This document shows positions 1-12,593 of a stretch of DNA of 64,000 bases, piece after piece; the stretch's first letter is position 1, and the number at the start of each line of letters is the position of its first letter. Origin of the DNA: Octopus sinensis (taxonomy: Eukaryota); assembly GCF_006345805.1 (NCBI RefSeq), contig NC_042999.1, positions 113,832,001 to 113,896,000 of the forward strand, written 5' to 3'. The notes under the pieces were generated by a model. That model saw only the letters and a list, made by a program, of their open reading frames with translations, searched no databases and was not told the origin of the DNA. The translations under genes and the position numbers were made by a program.

Positions 1-1140
1 TGTGTGTGTGTGTGTGTGCACACGTGTACCTGTGTGTTTGATTATATTTGCATTCTGTGAATGAGCTACAAATAATGAGAGAGGTGTTGCATTTCCCTTT
101 AACATATCACCCACCGGCTTTTTGCCTTTCAATATGCAGGAGGCAAGAGATCCTTTCCTTGAAAAACAGGTAAGTGTAAACAACAAGAAAGGTATCAGGC
201 TATGAAACAAATGCTTTGATAATATTTTTCAAACCTATGTTAGCATAGGAAAAGTGAAAGAGAGACATGGGGTGAGAGATTGGAGACTGCTTTTCTTTGA
301 AAGCTGTTATATTAAAAATGTGAACATATTCGATTTCAAACTTTTACATTAAAGGTTTTTCATAATTCATCATCATTTTTACTTGCACTTTACCATGCTT
401 GCCAAAGAATGGACTACTAAGTAAATATGAAAAATCCTAATGAAAAAACTCAAGTTGACATTACTTTTCCTTCAATACATACATACACCTATATATTACA
501 GTGGCACATGTGTGTGTGTGTGTGTGTGTGTGTGTTACACATGCATACATGTATTACACAAACACATACATATATTATGCATATATATTTATCACGCATG
601 CGCACATACATATATGTTACATGTGCATACATGTGTGTGTGTATACATATATGTGTATGTGTGTGTGTGTGAGTTATATACATACAGGTGATAAAAAGTA
701 GAGTTATTTTTATGTTGAATGTCTCGTTATTCACAAAAAGAATCAGCTCACTGTGTACAAAGAAGTAACCTGGGGGTGGGGGGATCATGCTTCACCAACT
801 ACAATACAAGGAATTTAGATGTCGTAGAACACCGACTGTAGGAACCGGCTCTACTTCCATCAGCAGCCATACAATGAGTGAGTGATATGTGCCTAGAACA
901 TTTACAGTTTATACATTCAATCAACTTCCTTTCAGACCACAAACTATGAAGAGTCACTTACTATTAATGGTGAATTGAAGATGATATTACAAATTAGAAA
1001 ATTATTCAAAGTTTTCAGCAACTTCATGCTCCCTCAGCAGCTTCGAATTGCAAGAAACCATGTAACATCATAACAATGGAATATTTTCCCTCAAGTAGGA
1101 AGCAAATAAATAAACATATCCTCCTTGAAAAACATATCTA

Positions 1141-1268
1141 TACATACATACATGCATGCATGCATGCATGCATGTATGTATGTATGTATGTATGTATGTA
1201 TGTATGTATGTATGTATGTATGTATGTATGTATGTATGTATGTATGTATGTATGTATGTATGTATGTG
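1141..1268. repeat. Compound (CATA)n(TGCA)n(TGTA)n microsatellite
   Basis: Read directly. It is the source of the MYVC/IHTY pseudo-ORFs. Confidence 0.97.
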
Positions 1269-1637
1269 ACTAATCTATATTTAACTTTGAAGAATTGTGG
1301 AATTGAGTGCCAACATGAATACAGCTTGCCAACAAGCAAATAAATATAACTTTTTCATCACTAGCTATATCAACAGTGCACATTTATATCTTCATTAAAT
1401 GAAGGTTACTCTTATATCTGAAGAGATGGAGAAGCAAAAAGCATTTCAAAAATTTGCCGTCACTGAAGTCGCTAACACTGTGTATGGCTGAGAAGAGATA
1501 TTGCTGCTAAGGGTATTTAAACATGGAAAGCATTTCCTTCATTCTTATATTCTATGTAAGCAGACCTATTCATGCAATAAAAACTCACACAACACCAAAA
1601 TTCCTGCACCAACAAAACACTTTAAAACATCAATAGG

Positions 1638-2012
1638 GTCAGGTGTGGCTGTTATGGTAAGAAACTTGCTTCCCAACCACATGGTCTGGGTTCATTTCCA
1701 CTGTGTGGCACCTCAGGCAAGTGTCTTCTACTATAGCCTTGGATCGACCAAAGCCTTGTAAGCAGATTTGGTAGACAGAAACTGAAAGAAGCCCAGTGTG
1801 TGTGTGTGTTGTGTGTGTGTGCGTGCGCGCGCATGTGTCTTTGTCCCCTACCACCACTTGACAACCAGTGTTGGTTTGTTTACATCCCCATAACTTAATG
1901 TTTGCCAAGAAGACACCTGTAGAATAAGTGCTAGTGAGAGTGATTCATTTGACTAACAGTTCTTCAAGGCGGTGACCCAGCATGGCCGCAGCCTAGATAC
2001 TAATAAAAGACA
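1638..2012 (+). mobile_element. tRNA-headed SINE, family A
   Basis: Head ggtgtggctgt.tggtaagaa.cttgcttcccaaccac..ggttca.t.ccac (A/B-box-like), body gggcaagtgtcttctactatagcc, internal (TG)n, 3' gaataagtac. Approximate ends. Confidence 0.85.
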
Positions 2013-2397
2013 GAAGATAAATATTTTACATCTTACCAATAAGCACCAATTCCATCCTCCCCCACCAAATTCTAAAAACACAGTGTTATGTCAATATAAT
2101 AAAACAATATGTATTCCAAGGAGACAAATCAGGACTGAAGCTGATTTGCATACAGAATGATACCTACTTCAAGCCACTAATGCTCATACTTAAAAAATTA
2201 AAACTCATCATCACCATCATTGTTCCACCATCCACTTTCACATGCTCGTTTTCTACAGTTGAATGACCTTCCTGTCACCAACTCTCACTTGTTTCCAAGC
2301 AAAGTAATATTTCCCCATGCCCAAACATGTTCTTGCAGAATGTTGGAAATGAATGATACTCATTTACAACAATCATATAATGTCAAGTAAAGGAGAC

Positions 2398-2602
2398 ACA
2401 GGCATGGCTGTGTGGTAAGAAGCTTGCTTTCCCATTATATGGTTTCGGGTTCAGCCCCTCTGCATGGCAGCTTGCACAAGAGTCTTCTACTATAGCCTCA
2501 TGTCAACCAAAGCCTTGTGAGTGGATACAAAAACATTTCACTTAAACCTGGAATTTCTACCTTTATAAGTAACGTGGCACTTAGGTGAATTTTTGTTACT
2601 CT

Positions 2603-2649
<47 letters not shown>

Positions 2650-2872
2650 TTATGTGTGCATGTCTGTGTTAACCCCCCCACCCATTACTTGACAAATGAT
2701 GGTTGTGTGTTAATGTCCCCGTAACTTACCAGTTCAAAAAAAAAAGGACCAATAGAATAAGTACTAGGCTTACAAAGAGTAAGTCCTAGGGCTGATTTCT
2801 TCGACTAAAACCACTAAAGTTGGTGCTCCATCATGACTACAGTCAAATAACTAAAACAAGTAAAAGAATATA
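2398..2872 (+). mobile_element. SINE family A copy with internal insertion and (TA)n
   Basis: 5' half at 2398-2525 and 3' half at 2640-2872, both matching family A. Confidence 0.8.
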
Positions 2873-3269
2873 AGACTTCACCCCCACCTCTCCCTCTTCT
2901 GCGCATACATACACACACACCCATGCTTTATATTGTGTGTAGAGTTAGATGAATGACTGCCATTGGTGAGCTTACACCATTATAATGATATGGTGACTAC
3001 TGTACATAGGAATGTTACTGGTTATGATATACAGAGCAAATACAGGAGAAATTATGACAAAAAAATGCAAGTTTATATCATTTGTTCGTTATGTACAGAA
3101 CAAACATTATAATCAATACATGATCCAAGTGCACTTTGAGCACCAAACACAGAGGTTGCAAACGACAATGGCAGAATGGACATAGGGAACAATGATACAT
3201 TTATCATAATTTTATATGCACTTGGATATATGCTGTGCTTTAAGAAGAACTGGCAAGTCAGGTAAGACC

Positions 3270-3716
3270 GTAACTGTGACTTTTACCAGTGTTGTATAAC
3301 TGGCCAATTGAAGAGTACCCTTCAATCACTGGGCAATAAACTATGCTTCAGAAAACCAATTGAGTCAAGTGAAATCATTGCCGTGGCCAATGCCAGCACC
3401 ATCTGTCTGGTACCTGTGTCGATGGCACCTAAAACGCACCATTCGAGCGTGGTTGTTGCCAGTGCCACCTGACTGTCTCCCATGCCAGTGGCATGTAAAA
3501 AGCACAAATCAAGCATGGTTGATGCCAGTACTGCCTGACTGGCTCTTGTACTGGTGGTGCTTAAAAATCACCCACTACACTCTAGTGCTTGGCATTAGGA
3601 AGGGTATTCAGCTTTAGAAACCTTGCCAGATAAAATTAGAGCCTGACACAGCCTTCTACTTTGCCAGTCATCAGTCAAACCATCCAACCCATGCAGGCAT
3701 GGAAAGCAGACATAAA

Positions 3717-3720
<4 letters not shown>
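3270..3720 (+). mobile_element. Family C SINE-like element with RTE-type 3' tail
   Basis: ...ggcattaggaagggtattcagct.tagaaaccttgcc...ccaacccatgcaggcatggaaagcagacataaaa. The 3' end is shared with the (GAT)n-tailed copies. Confidence 0.75.
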
Positions 3721-3804
<84 letters not shown>

Positions 3805-4064
3805 TAATGATTCAGATAAAATCGGGTACTTGAAAAGATATGCATCAAGTAGGGTTGGATAAACCTGTAGTCTCCCAGATTACTGACCATAAGTATTATA
3901 TTACAGCCTTTCACTAACTAACTTCTTAACCTAGCTCCACCCCTTAATGACAGCAATACCCAATTTTGTTGATCCTTCTTCCATTTCACAGAAAGCCTTG
4001 ACAGATTTGAGCCTTTTGGGATATTCTTTTGTTTTTGAAATTATCTGATGATTATGGTTTTTTT

Positions 4065-4276
4065 ACACATCCACACACACATACCTGGATACACACACAC
4101 CTGGATACATACATATTATATATGCATATATACAAACACATACACTTGGATACATATATATTATATACATATATATATATATATACACACATACACTTGG
4201 ACACATATATTATATACATATATATACACACACACACTTGGACACATATATTATATACACACATACATACAGTAGG

Positions 4277-4331
<55 letters not shown>

Positions 4332-4345
4332 ATATGTAGATATGC
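4065..4345. repeat. Degenerate minisatellite anchored on cac(c/t)tgga within (CA)/(TA) repeats
   Basis: About six recurrences of cac.tgga.aca with variable CA/TA spacers. Confidence 0.85.
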
Positions 4346-6329
4346 ATATATGGGATTGAACATGAAACCATGTGGTTGAGAAGCAAACTTAACTACATGG
4401 CCACACCTGTGCTTATAATTAAAAAGACATATGTTTTCTAAATCAGCCAGTTCTTCTATTCTAAAGAAGGACTCTATTTTGTCAATTCAAATGACATGGC
4501 ATGTGCGCCAGCAGTTCCATGTATAATCTGTATCCCCAAAGAAACAAAATTGCAACTGAACAGAAACTTACATGAAGAGAAATACCTATTATTACACACC
4601 AGACATGGAAGTGCCTTACGTTCATATTACTCTTCTATTTAAACTGTTCGCAATACCAAAAACGCAATACAGATCAAAAGACTATTGCAGATCAATCAAC
4701 GTTATTGCAGAATTCCATTTGAAAGACTCATGAAATACAAAACGAGTAATTGACAAGAATCATAAACTATTAAACAGTAACAAAAAAAACAATTGTTTTA
4801 TTATTAGATGCTCTCTTTAAAACACCCTAGCATTCTGAACAGTGCCAGAATGATGGAACTGGAAATTGCAGAGCAAATGTCCAATGTAAATACTTGCTTG
4901 GTTTTATCTATGAAGATTAATATTATTTTAGCAAATAAATTGTGAGTGTATTGAGTAAATACAGCAATAATAGCTGACGAAAAAGCTTTCCATGATAGTA
5001 CCTCAATAATCAAAATGATATTCCACTTTGTTGATACGGAGATGTGTGTGTGTGTGTGTGCGCATATACATATACATGTGTGTGTGTGTGTGTGTGTGTG
5101 TATTCATATGCATACACAAATGTGTATGTTTGTACATATGTATAAATACACACACACATAAGTATATACACACAGGTACACACATGCTGACACAGGCATA
5201 CACAAACACACACGCATATACACATACACACACATTTTGCACACAAACATATATATGCTATCTCAAAGCACACATGGAAATGCAACAAGTTTAACAAGAT
5301 GAATGCAATCTTCACACTGTGATGAGAAGAGATACACCGAGCAAGCACACAAGCAAGAGAGACAGAAATCAAGTAAAACCAAGAAGGAGAGCACTGCAAT
5401 ATGCATAATATTGATTCAAAAGTTGTACGAAGAGCAGCATATAGCCTACAGCAAAAGTACATCAGACCCTTAACCAAAAATCCTTAAGCATTTTAGAGAG
5501 CAAGAAAATCAATTGTATACAGCAAGGGTTACCAGTGTAACCCCAAAACGGATGTCTATACAGATCTTCTATCATAGCTATCATCCAAGTTATGAATATT
5601 TAGCAGCCAGAATAGAAATATCACGTTACATCGATTAGAGAACAAGAGATGTGGAAAGGAAGCAATTTACAGTTGTTTTTGATGAAGAGCCAAGTAGAGG
5701 TTCCAAAAAATTGTTTCATGTATGAATAAGCTGGCTCAAAGCATTGAAGTGGCAAACACAAGGAAAGCTTAGAATACTTGAAAGTGTAGACCAAAAATCA
5801 AACTGCCAACCAAATGAAAATGTTAACTAAATAAGTGCTGAAAGCAAAAAAGTGAAACAGAAAAAAAAAATTTTTTAAGGCTTTTTGTGTGCATGCATAT
5901 GCAGGTACACACACACACAAATGTGTTAAAAGTGGGTATATAGACATAAATGTGTACTCAAGAAGTTTGTCTAACAAACAATTAGTCCTGATTTTGCTCC
6001 TCAGTTTGGGCAAATGTCTTCTTCCTTAACCTTCAGTTAATGCAAACCTGTGGATAGTATTACATTGGTGGAAACTGCAGAAGTTTGTCACAAGGACTGA
6101 AATTGTAATTCAAAGAGCTAGTCTTGTAAATACTGTATTCTGCTCACTGCCTGGTGATTAACAATACCATAGCTGGCTCCAAGCCTGGTTGAGAAAGGGA
6201 GAGGTTGTAGGTGTAGGGTTAGCATTACTGCACTACCAGTTTTCTACATATGAAACCAGTCCTGGAAGGGATGTGTCCTCAAGAGACTACATACGAGGCA
6301 AAGTTGTGTAAGTCAAAATGAAGAAGTAT

Positions 6330-6435
6330 TGGCAAGTAACTACACCTAGGTGCAACTCCAATCTATTGCCAAAGATCAAGATAATGGAGAACTCTTATTA
6401 GCACCCTATGCTCCACATAAAACCAAAGGAATTAA
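6330..6435 (+). mobile_element. Possible extreme 3' end of an RTE-type LINE
   Basis: AKDQ..WRTLISTLCST..RN* resembles the RTE terminal AQDR..WR.LV..LC motif. It is short and decayed. Confidence 0.4.
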
Positions 6436-7357
6436 AAAGAAGACCTCATGATTATATTTTATAAAACAATTTATAAAATGAAGTAAACGATTATTAATTC
6501 ATGTCTAATCTTGGAAATCAGTAAAGTCACTGCTAATGTAAAATATGAAAATGCAAATATAACCTAGATTTCAAGGGAGGGTTTTTTTTTTGGTTTTTTT
6601 TTTTGAGAGTCAGTTCTTGGTTAATGTAGCATGGATGAAGCAACAGAGATAAAAAAAAATTTCCCTGGCAGAGGAAGCCTGTCAACAAAAGAAACATTCT
6701 CGAGTAACTGATCATTCTCATGATCAATTATGGACAACTAGATAAACTGAAGATGTGTAGAATAATGGGTTCTGTTGAGAAACACAAGACACAAATTTGA
6801 ACTCATATCCTAGGAGCAAATACTTTATCTAATAGCTTATCCCTTTAGCTTTCTCACTTTTACGTTGGTAAGAATGTACACTGATCAAACAAGAACAGAA
6901 AAGGGAGCAGCTATGACCTCTCAGAATTCATGTGAATGATTACGACACCAGGTGGTGATGTTAAGCCAAATGACAGATTAAAGCTACCACCAGAGGTCCA
7001 TCCAAAAAGAGCGTCCACACATTTTGTATCTACCTAGTTTCATTGAAAGTTTGAAGTGACCTATCACTGTCGCAAAAGACACTTGTCCAAGATAGCACTT
7101 AGTGGGATCAAATCTAGAACCTTTTGATTGTGAAGTAAACTTTTTAACCATACAGAACTATTGCAATTGACTTCCAAGGAAATATTATAAAAGTTCCAGA
7201 TTACAAGTATATATTTGAATATATTTGTTGGTTTAAGTAGCTATAGGTCAAGAGAAAGGATCCTGCCACAAACTCTACAATTTAAAATGTCACATATATA
7301 TATAAATGTTTGCATAAACATACACAAGCCCACATATACATTTCTTACAAAGTTATA

Positions 7358-7553
7358 TGTTGTATATTCTAACATACAAGTTGAATTTTTCAGATCAAAA
7401 TTTACACCCAAGATAACTTACACACCAAGATAACTTTGGAGAACCAAAACTTCTATGGAAAATGCAGCATGATTTGGGAAAATAGTGATGATGCTTGAAT
7501 GTTTGCCCTACATTTTTATACTACACTGACTTGTATGTTGGGAAAATACAGTA
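7358..7553. mobile_element. Tc1/mariner (Tc2-like) MITE remnant
   Basis: Imperfect TIRs tgtatattctaacatacaagt / acttgtatgttgggaaaatacagta. A second copy lies at ~31910-32068. Confidence 0.6.
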
Positions 7554-10500
7554 TGCCTGCAAGAACACAACCACAAGAATACAAACCTGCATACATGCAT
7601 GCACACACACAGTCTAAATCATTTAAGGATAAACTCACTCAGTGAAAATGTGTATAGTAAAGAAGCTAATAATGATAATTTACTCATATCAGCACAGAGC
7701 TATGAATTTATCGTGGTAGTGGATTGTCAAATAAATTGCTCCCCTAGTATTTGACTGGTAGTTATTTTATCAAACCCAAAAGGATGACAGATGAAGCCGA
7801 CCCTAATAAGATTTTGAGCAAAAGAGAAAGGGAAGAAAAAACATAACTCAAATAGCTCAATTCATTTTGTTTGGGTTTCTAATGATTCTATCATTCACTG
7901 CCTTAGTTTATTGAGTCAACAAAGGAACAGCTAACATGGTCACTGGCGTTGCTAGAAATAACAGTCAAATAGGCATTAAATCACACCCTATCGTCTTACA
8001 AAAATTTGGGATGGTTATCTATGATCAAAGATGATTATATATTTGGTCATAGACTTGCACGATCAAAGTTGACCTGGACATAAACAGCACTAATTAAAAA
8101 CACCCTTACAATCAGACAGGGGGGGGGCTCTATTTAGTTGTTCAGTTTGTAAAAACAAGTCAAATTTCACACACTGTCGCTTTAAGAAGTTACATAAAGT
8201 AGCCATAAACACTCCTAGAGAAATTAGATGGCCACAACAGGAATCCCATGGATCATAGGTTTGTTTGATCACTGCAGACCTAGGACAAACAACTTTACAA
8301 CAGTATCATCTTTCAACACCAATTTCTCTTAGCCTTCAACTGCACTACACCCTCTCAAAGAGATAGTCAATCATCAACCAGAGTTTTTGCAGATTGCTAC
8401 CTGTTTTATTGACTATGGGGAAAGTGAAAGTTAAAGAATACCCAAGCAGAAGTTCAACCCAGAGTGTTTTTATATGTGTTACTTGTTTCAGTCATTGGAC
8501 TGTAGCCATGTTGGGTGACCATTCTGAAAGATTTTAATTGAACAAATAGACACTGTACTTCGTTTTTTTTTGGGGGGGGGGGTTAAAGCTTGACACCTAT
8601 CCTTTTGCTCTCTTTTGACAAACTGCAAAGTGACAAGAACATAAACAAACCAACACTGGTTGTCAAGCATTATGAGGTGTGGGGGAAAGCACAAGCCTTA
8701 CCATATGAGAGAGAGAGAGAGAGAAACTTCGATGTAATCAAAAATCATTTTCTATCTTTCTGATGACCAAGGATGGATATTGATGTGAGTCTCTCCCCCC
8801 CCCCCAAATGCATTTCTGGAGAACTGAATATACAAATTTTGCTTCTATTGTCTTACCTATTTTGTCCCATCTAAATTTGTTCTGTATATGCTCAAAGAGA
8901 ATGGAGGTAATTTTCTGAAATAATGTTATGAATGTTTTTAAAGCATTTAGAGACGGTCATTTGCTTAGCTGATATAGTGTTTGCAACATTTGTAAAAAAA
9001 ATATTTCTTCCTCGAAGTCAAAAATGCCGTAATTATTTCTCATTTTGTCCCCACCCCATATTACTTCAGAATTTAAAATAGTTTTGCTGTGTGATGATCA
9101 TGATATTGAGAAATTCGTGAATGAGAAAAGAAAAATTCAATAACAAAAAAAAAATATTGTTGTTTAATTCCAGCTCAAATTTTATCAAGCAGAGCTCTGA
9201 ATCACGAAGTACATATCACATTTCTGAAAACTATTCAAGTTTATCTGAAAGAGGAGTATGATTGTAAGTTGACAGTCATGCGTATTAACATGAACACGAA
9301 AGTGAGTAAAAATTGAAGAAAGAACAGAAGAAACTAACTAAACACGGCGCGCTGGATAATTCAAGGGAAGTAACTTTTGAAAGTTTATTGACTTAATTCC
9401 CTTGCATAAACTTTTCATTTTCAATGCATTAGTCTAGATTGCTACAGCCTATTTTAAACGCAGATGAGATGAACAAATACTAAACACAACCATTATGATT
9501 TTATAGTTCAAATTGCAGTAGAGCAAACTTGACCTTATGTTACAGAAATTGAACCAACTTTGATCCAGTTACGAAAAAAAAACATGGTATAAGAAAAAAA
9601 TTGTTGATTTAGTCAAAATATGTTATTATTTAGAGTAAATGTTTCTATTCAAAATAAATTCAGATTATAGCTAAAAAGAAATAAGGACAAAATTCTCAAA
9701 CTCCTAGATTCTGTGTTCAAATTAGAAAATGGTTACCAATTCAGAAATTATACTCACATTTGAACCACTAAACTTGAAAAGTAAAATATATATTCAAATT
9801 AAAATTTAGAAGTGATATATTAACATTTTAACTACAAAATTTAAAAAGTAAAATATTTAAATTAACAATATTCAAATTGGTGCTAAGTAATAGGGGAAAA
9901 AAAGTCTTTCAAATCCATAAGATAACTTAGAATGTATTTTGGTCTCTGCCAAAGTGGCTTCAAACATTTTATTTTAAATTCACGGTATCCAAAAAACAAT
10001 GTATTTTGATTTTGTTTTAGTTCTAGCAGGAAGAAAATGATTTCATTTTAGATTTCTTTTTCATACTTGTTTCACACCAAGCACAATGCAAATGCGAAAC
10101 ATTTTTACATTGTTATACAAAGAAATTAATAAATATATGTGTGTGCGTGCACGTATTATGCGCACACATCACTGTATTTACGGGAGTATTGTGTTGTTAT
10201 ACACTGCTGGTCACAATACACTTCCTTGAATTGTTTTAGCTTTCAAATGATTCCACCCCACTGGCAAGGTGGGCAAGCTAACATTCCCCCTTCTACAGCC
10301 ATGTGATTTGGAGCAATGTGAACTGACGTGCTTCGCTCAAGAACACAACACTATGTGAGGCAAGGTGTGGGTGAACATTTATGCAGAAAAAAGAGAATCA
10401 ACAACCAAGATCCACTTTTTATTTTTGTAATAGAATAAATGGAAGAAGCATTTTCCTTTTATTTGAATATTTGTATTGATATACACTGCCTTTGCTTCAA

Positions 10501-12198
10501 TTAATTTTTTAAATTATGAAGAATTTAGTAAAATAACTGTCATAAAGCTGGTTTTTACAACATAAATTAATATGAAATTTTGATAAAAGATTTAAATTTA
10601 GATCTCTTCAAGTTTGTATCACAGGACCAAGTTTACAGTCTCAAGTAGATTGATATCAAAAGGGTTGAAGCTATCAAGAAAGTAACTAATCTTTTTGAAT
10701 CTTGAAGGGAAAATATATGTCTATAAAAAGATAAAATATTTCACAAAAGATCTGGCTGCTTTTTTTAGCAGATCAACATAGAACTACATTACTTTTAGGA
10801 TGGTCATGTTATAATTATTGTTCTAAAGTATTGTAAATTTATCTAGGCATCAAAGAGTTCATCATTCCAAATATTTAAAGTTTAATTTACAATGAAAATA
10901 GAGTTTTTATTTATGCATTAATAAAAAATTAAACTGTCTTGACACATCAATAAAATTATATTTATTTACAAGTTTAAGCAAGGCAGTATGTTGGCAGAAT
11001 CAGTAGCATGCCACACAATTTAATTAGTTGTATTTCACCTGTTGACTTTTACCGTTTATCTTTTTGGGGTCGATAAAATAAGTACCAGTTGAACACTAGA
11101 GTCAGTGTTAACTTACCACTTCCCTCTAAATTGCTGGCCTTGTGCCAAAATTTTAAATCAAATACAAGTTTAACCACTTCCATACACATCTACAGTACAT
11201 TACAACACTACCATATAAGACCTCCTGAAGAATACTATCCCTCCCAATAAATAAGCCCCTATGGACAGCTAGAAATAGCAGTCCAACTCTTCTCAAATCA
11301 TACCTGACTGTTATTTTCTTAAAAGCAAAGACTTTGAATAATATAGTCTGAGCTAAACTGTTTGAAAAGGACATTATGGTCATGGTTGGAACGTCTTTGA
11401 TCATAGGTCTGCCACATCAAAACAAGCTTGGAGTTAAACCCCAAACAATAACGACACTATTCTAACAAACACTCACTTCTAACAAACACAGAAGGTGCAT
11501 GAATGACGAATTGGCTGGGTGTTTAGAGCAATTAAAATATTTATGCAGTATTGCTTCCAATCTCTGTGTTCTCAGTTCAAATCTCACTGAGGCCAACTTT
11601 GCCTTTCATCCTTACAGGGTCAATAAAATAAAGTAACACAATGAATTAGTGTAACTGCTAGCATGCCAGAGAGATACTTCTTGGTATTCATTCTGGCACT
11701 TTCTGAAGACTTCTTGGATAGTAGACTTAATCTGTTGTCATATTTCATCGCCACTAACTGGTCCTAAGCTTCCTTTAGTGGAGTTCACTCTTGTAGGAAT
11801 TTGAGATAGCTATCTGGTGTGAGGATAAGTTCTTTCCATTAGCCTTAGTGATACTAGAAAATATAGAGACTGAAGTACTGCCCCATCTTTCTGTGAGTAA
11901 AATGATGCCCCCCCCCCTGCCACTCACCAATGCATGTGCATGCACACACACACAAACAGCAGTACTGGGTGCCTCACTAACCTGCCCAACATTGTTCTCT
12001 AGACAGAGATAAGGGCAAAGAAATCAGCAACTGTTGTGTTATGGATGAGTCAACTTTGCCAACCTCTATTAAGACCACTACCATATGGAATAGATATACT
12101 AACTACAGGCATAAATAAGGAAGTACACATTGAATGATGTAATCCTAAATATGCAAAAATAAATAAATAGTGAAAAAAAAATGTTTTTTTTTTTTATT

Positions 12199-12412
12199 TC
12201 AATATCCCTGCTCAGTTATCGGAGCACAAGCAGGTATCTGCAAGTGCAAGCCCCATGAGTCAGAGTAGCTGTTGCAGTGCTTCTCCCCCACCATCCTCTG
12301 GGGCAATGCCTTTTCCATTTTGTCAGCTGGGACCATGACGTGGTCTGAATTACAGTTCTGAATCAAGACAATGTACAAATTTTGTTGCTTACTACTCATA
12401 GTTGATCCGTAT
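12199..12412 (-). CDS. Putative terminal exon or poly(A)-tailed retro-fragment (YGSTMSSKQQ...PITEQGY*)
   Basis: Acceptor gattttttag, 71 open codons, then a stop followed immediately by AAATAAA and an A-run. GC-rich island; product unrecognised. Confidence 0.25.
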
Positions 12413-12593
12413 CTAAAAAATCACAATCTGCTTAGCCCATTTGATATCAACCTGCCTGAGACCACCTTCAGTTCTGTGATACAAACTTCCTGATCTACAG
12501 TGATTCACACCAAAACCTTCCATTAAAATTCTATGTTTCATACACCAGCTCAACAATGTCAAAGTCATTTTACTAAAAACTACATTATTTCAA

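Noticed and set aside
1638-1720. tRNA-like heads with A/B-box-like motifs
   Set aside because: They are the 5' ends of multicopy SINEs; there is no complete cloverleaf or anticodon arm.
427-5477. Numerous 60-155 aa ORFs rich in C/V/Y/I/H/T (also at 18090, 20421, 28540, 29297, 55572, 61278, 61966)
   Set aside because: They are translations of (CA)n, (TA)n, (TGTA)n and (GA)n microsatellites, which are stop-poor. There is no coding signal.
4808-5719. Possible plus-strand exons MLSLKHPSILNSARMMELEIAEQMSN (4808-4885) and RTRDVERKQFTVVFDEEPSRGSKKLFH (~5639-5719)
   Set aside because: The acceptors or donors are weak and there is no recognisable homology. Such short open frames are expected by chance.
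11153-11440. 83-aa minus ORF with a CAG|gtatga donor
   Set aside because: It overlaps a common SINE-derived motif (gacctatgatcaaag..ttcca.ccatgacc) also seen near 17270 and 49850.
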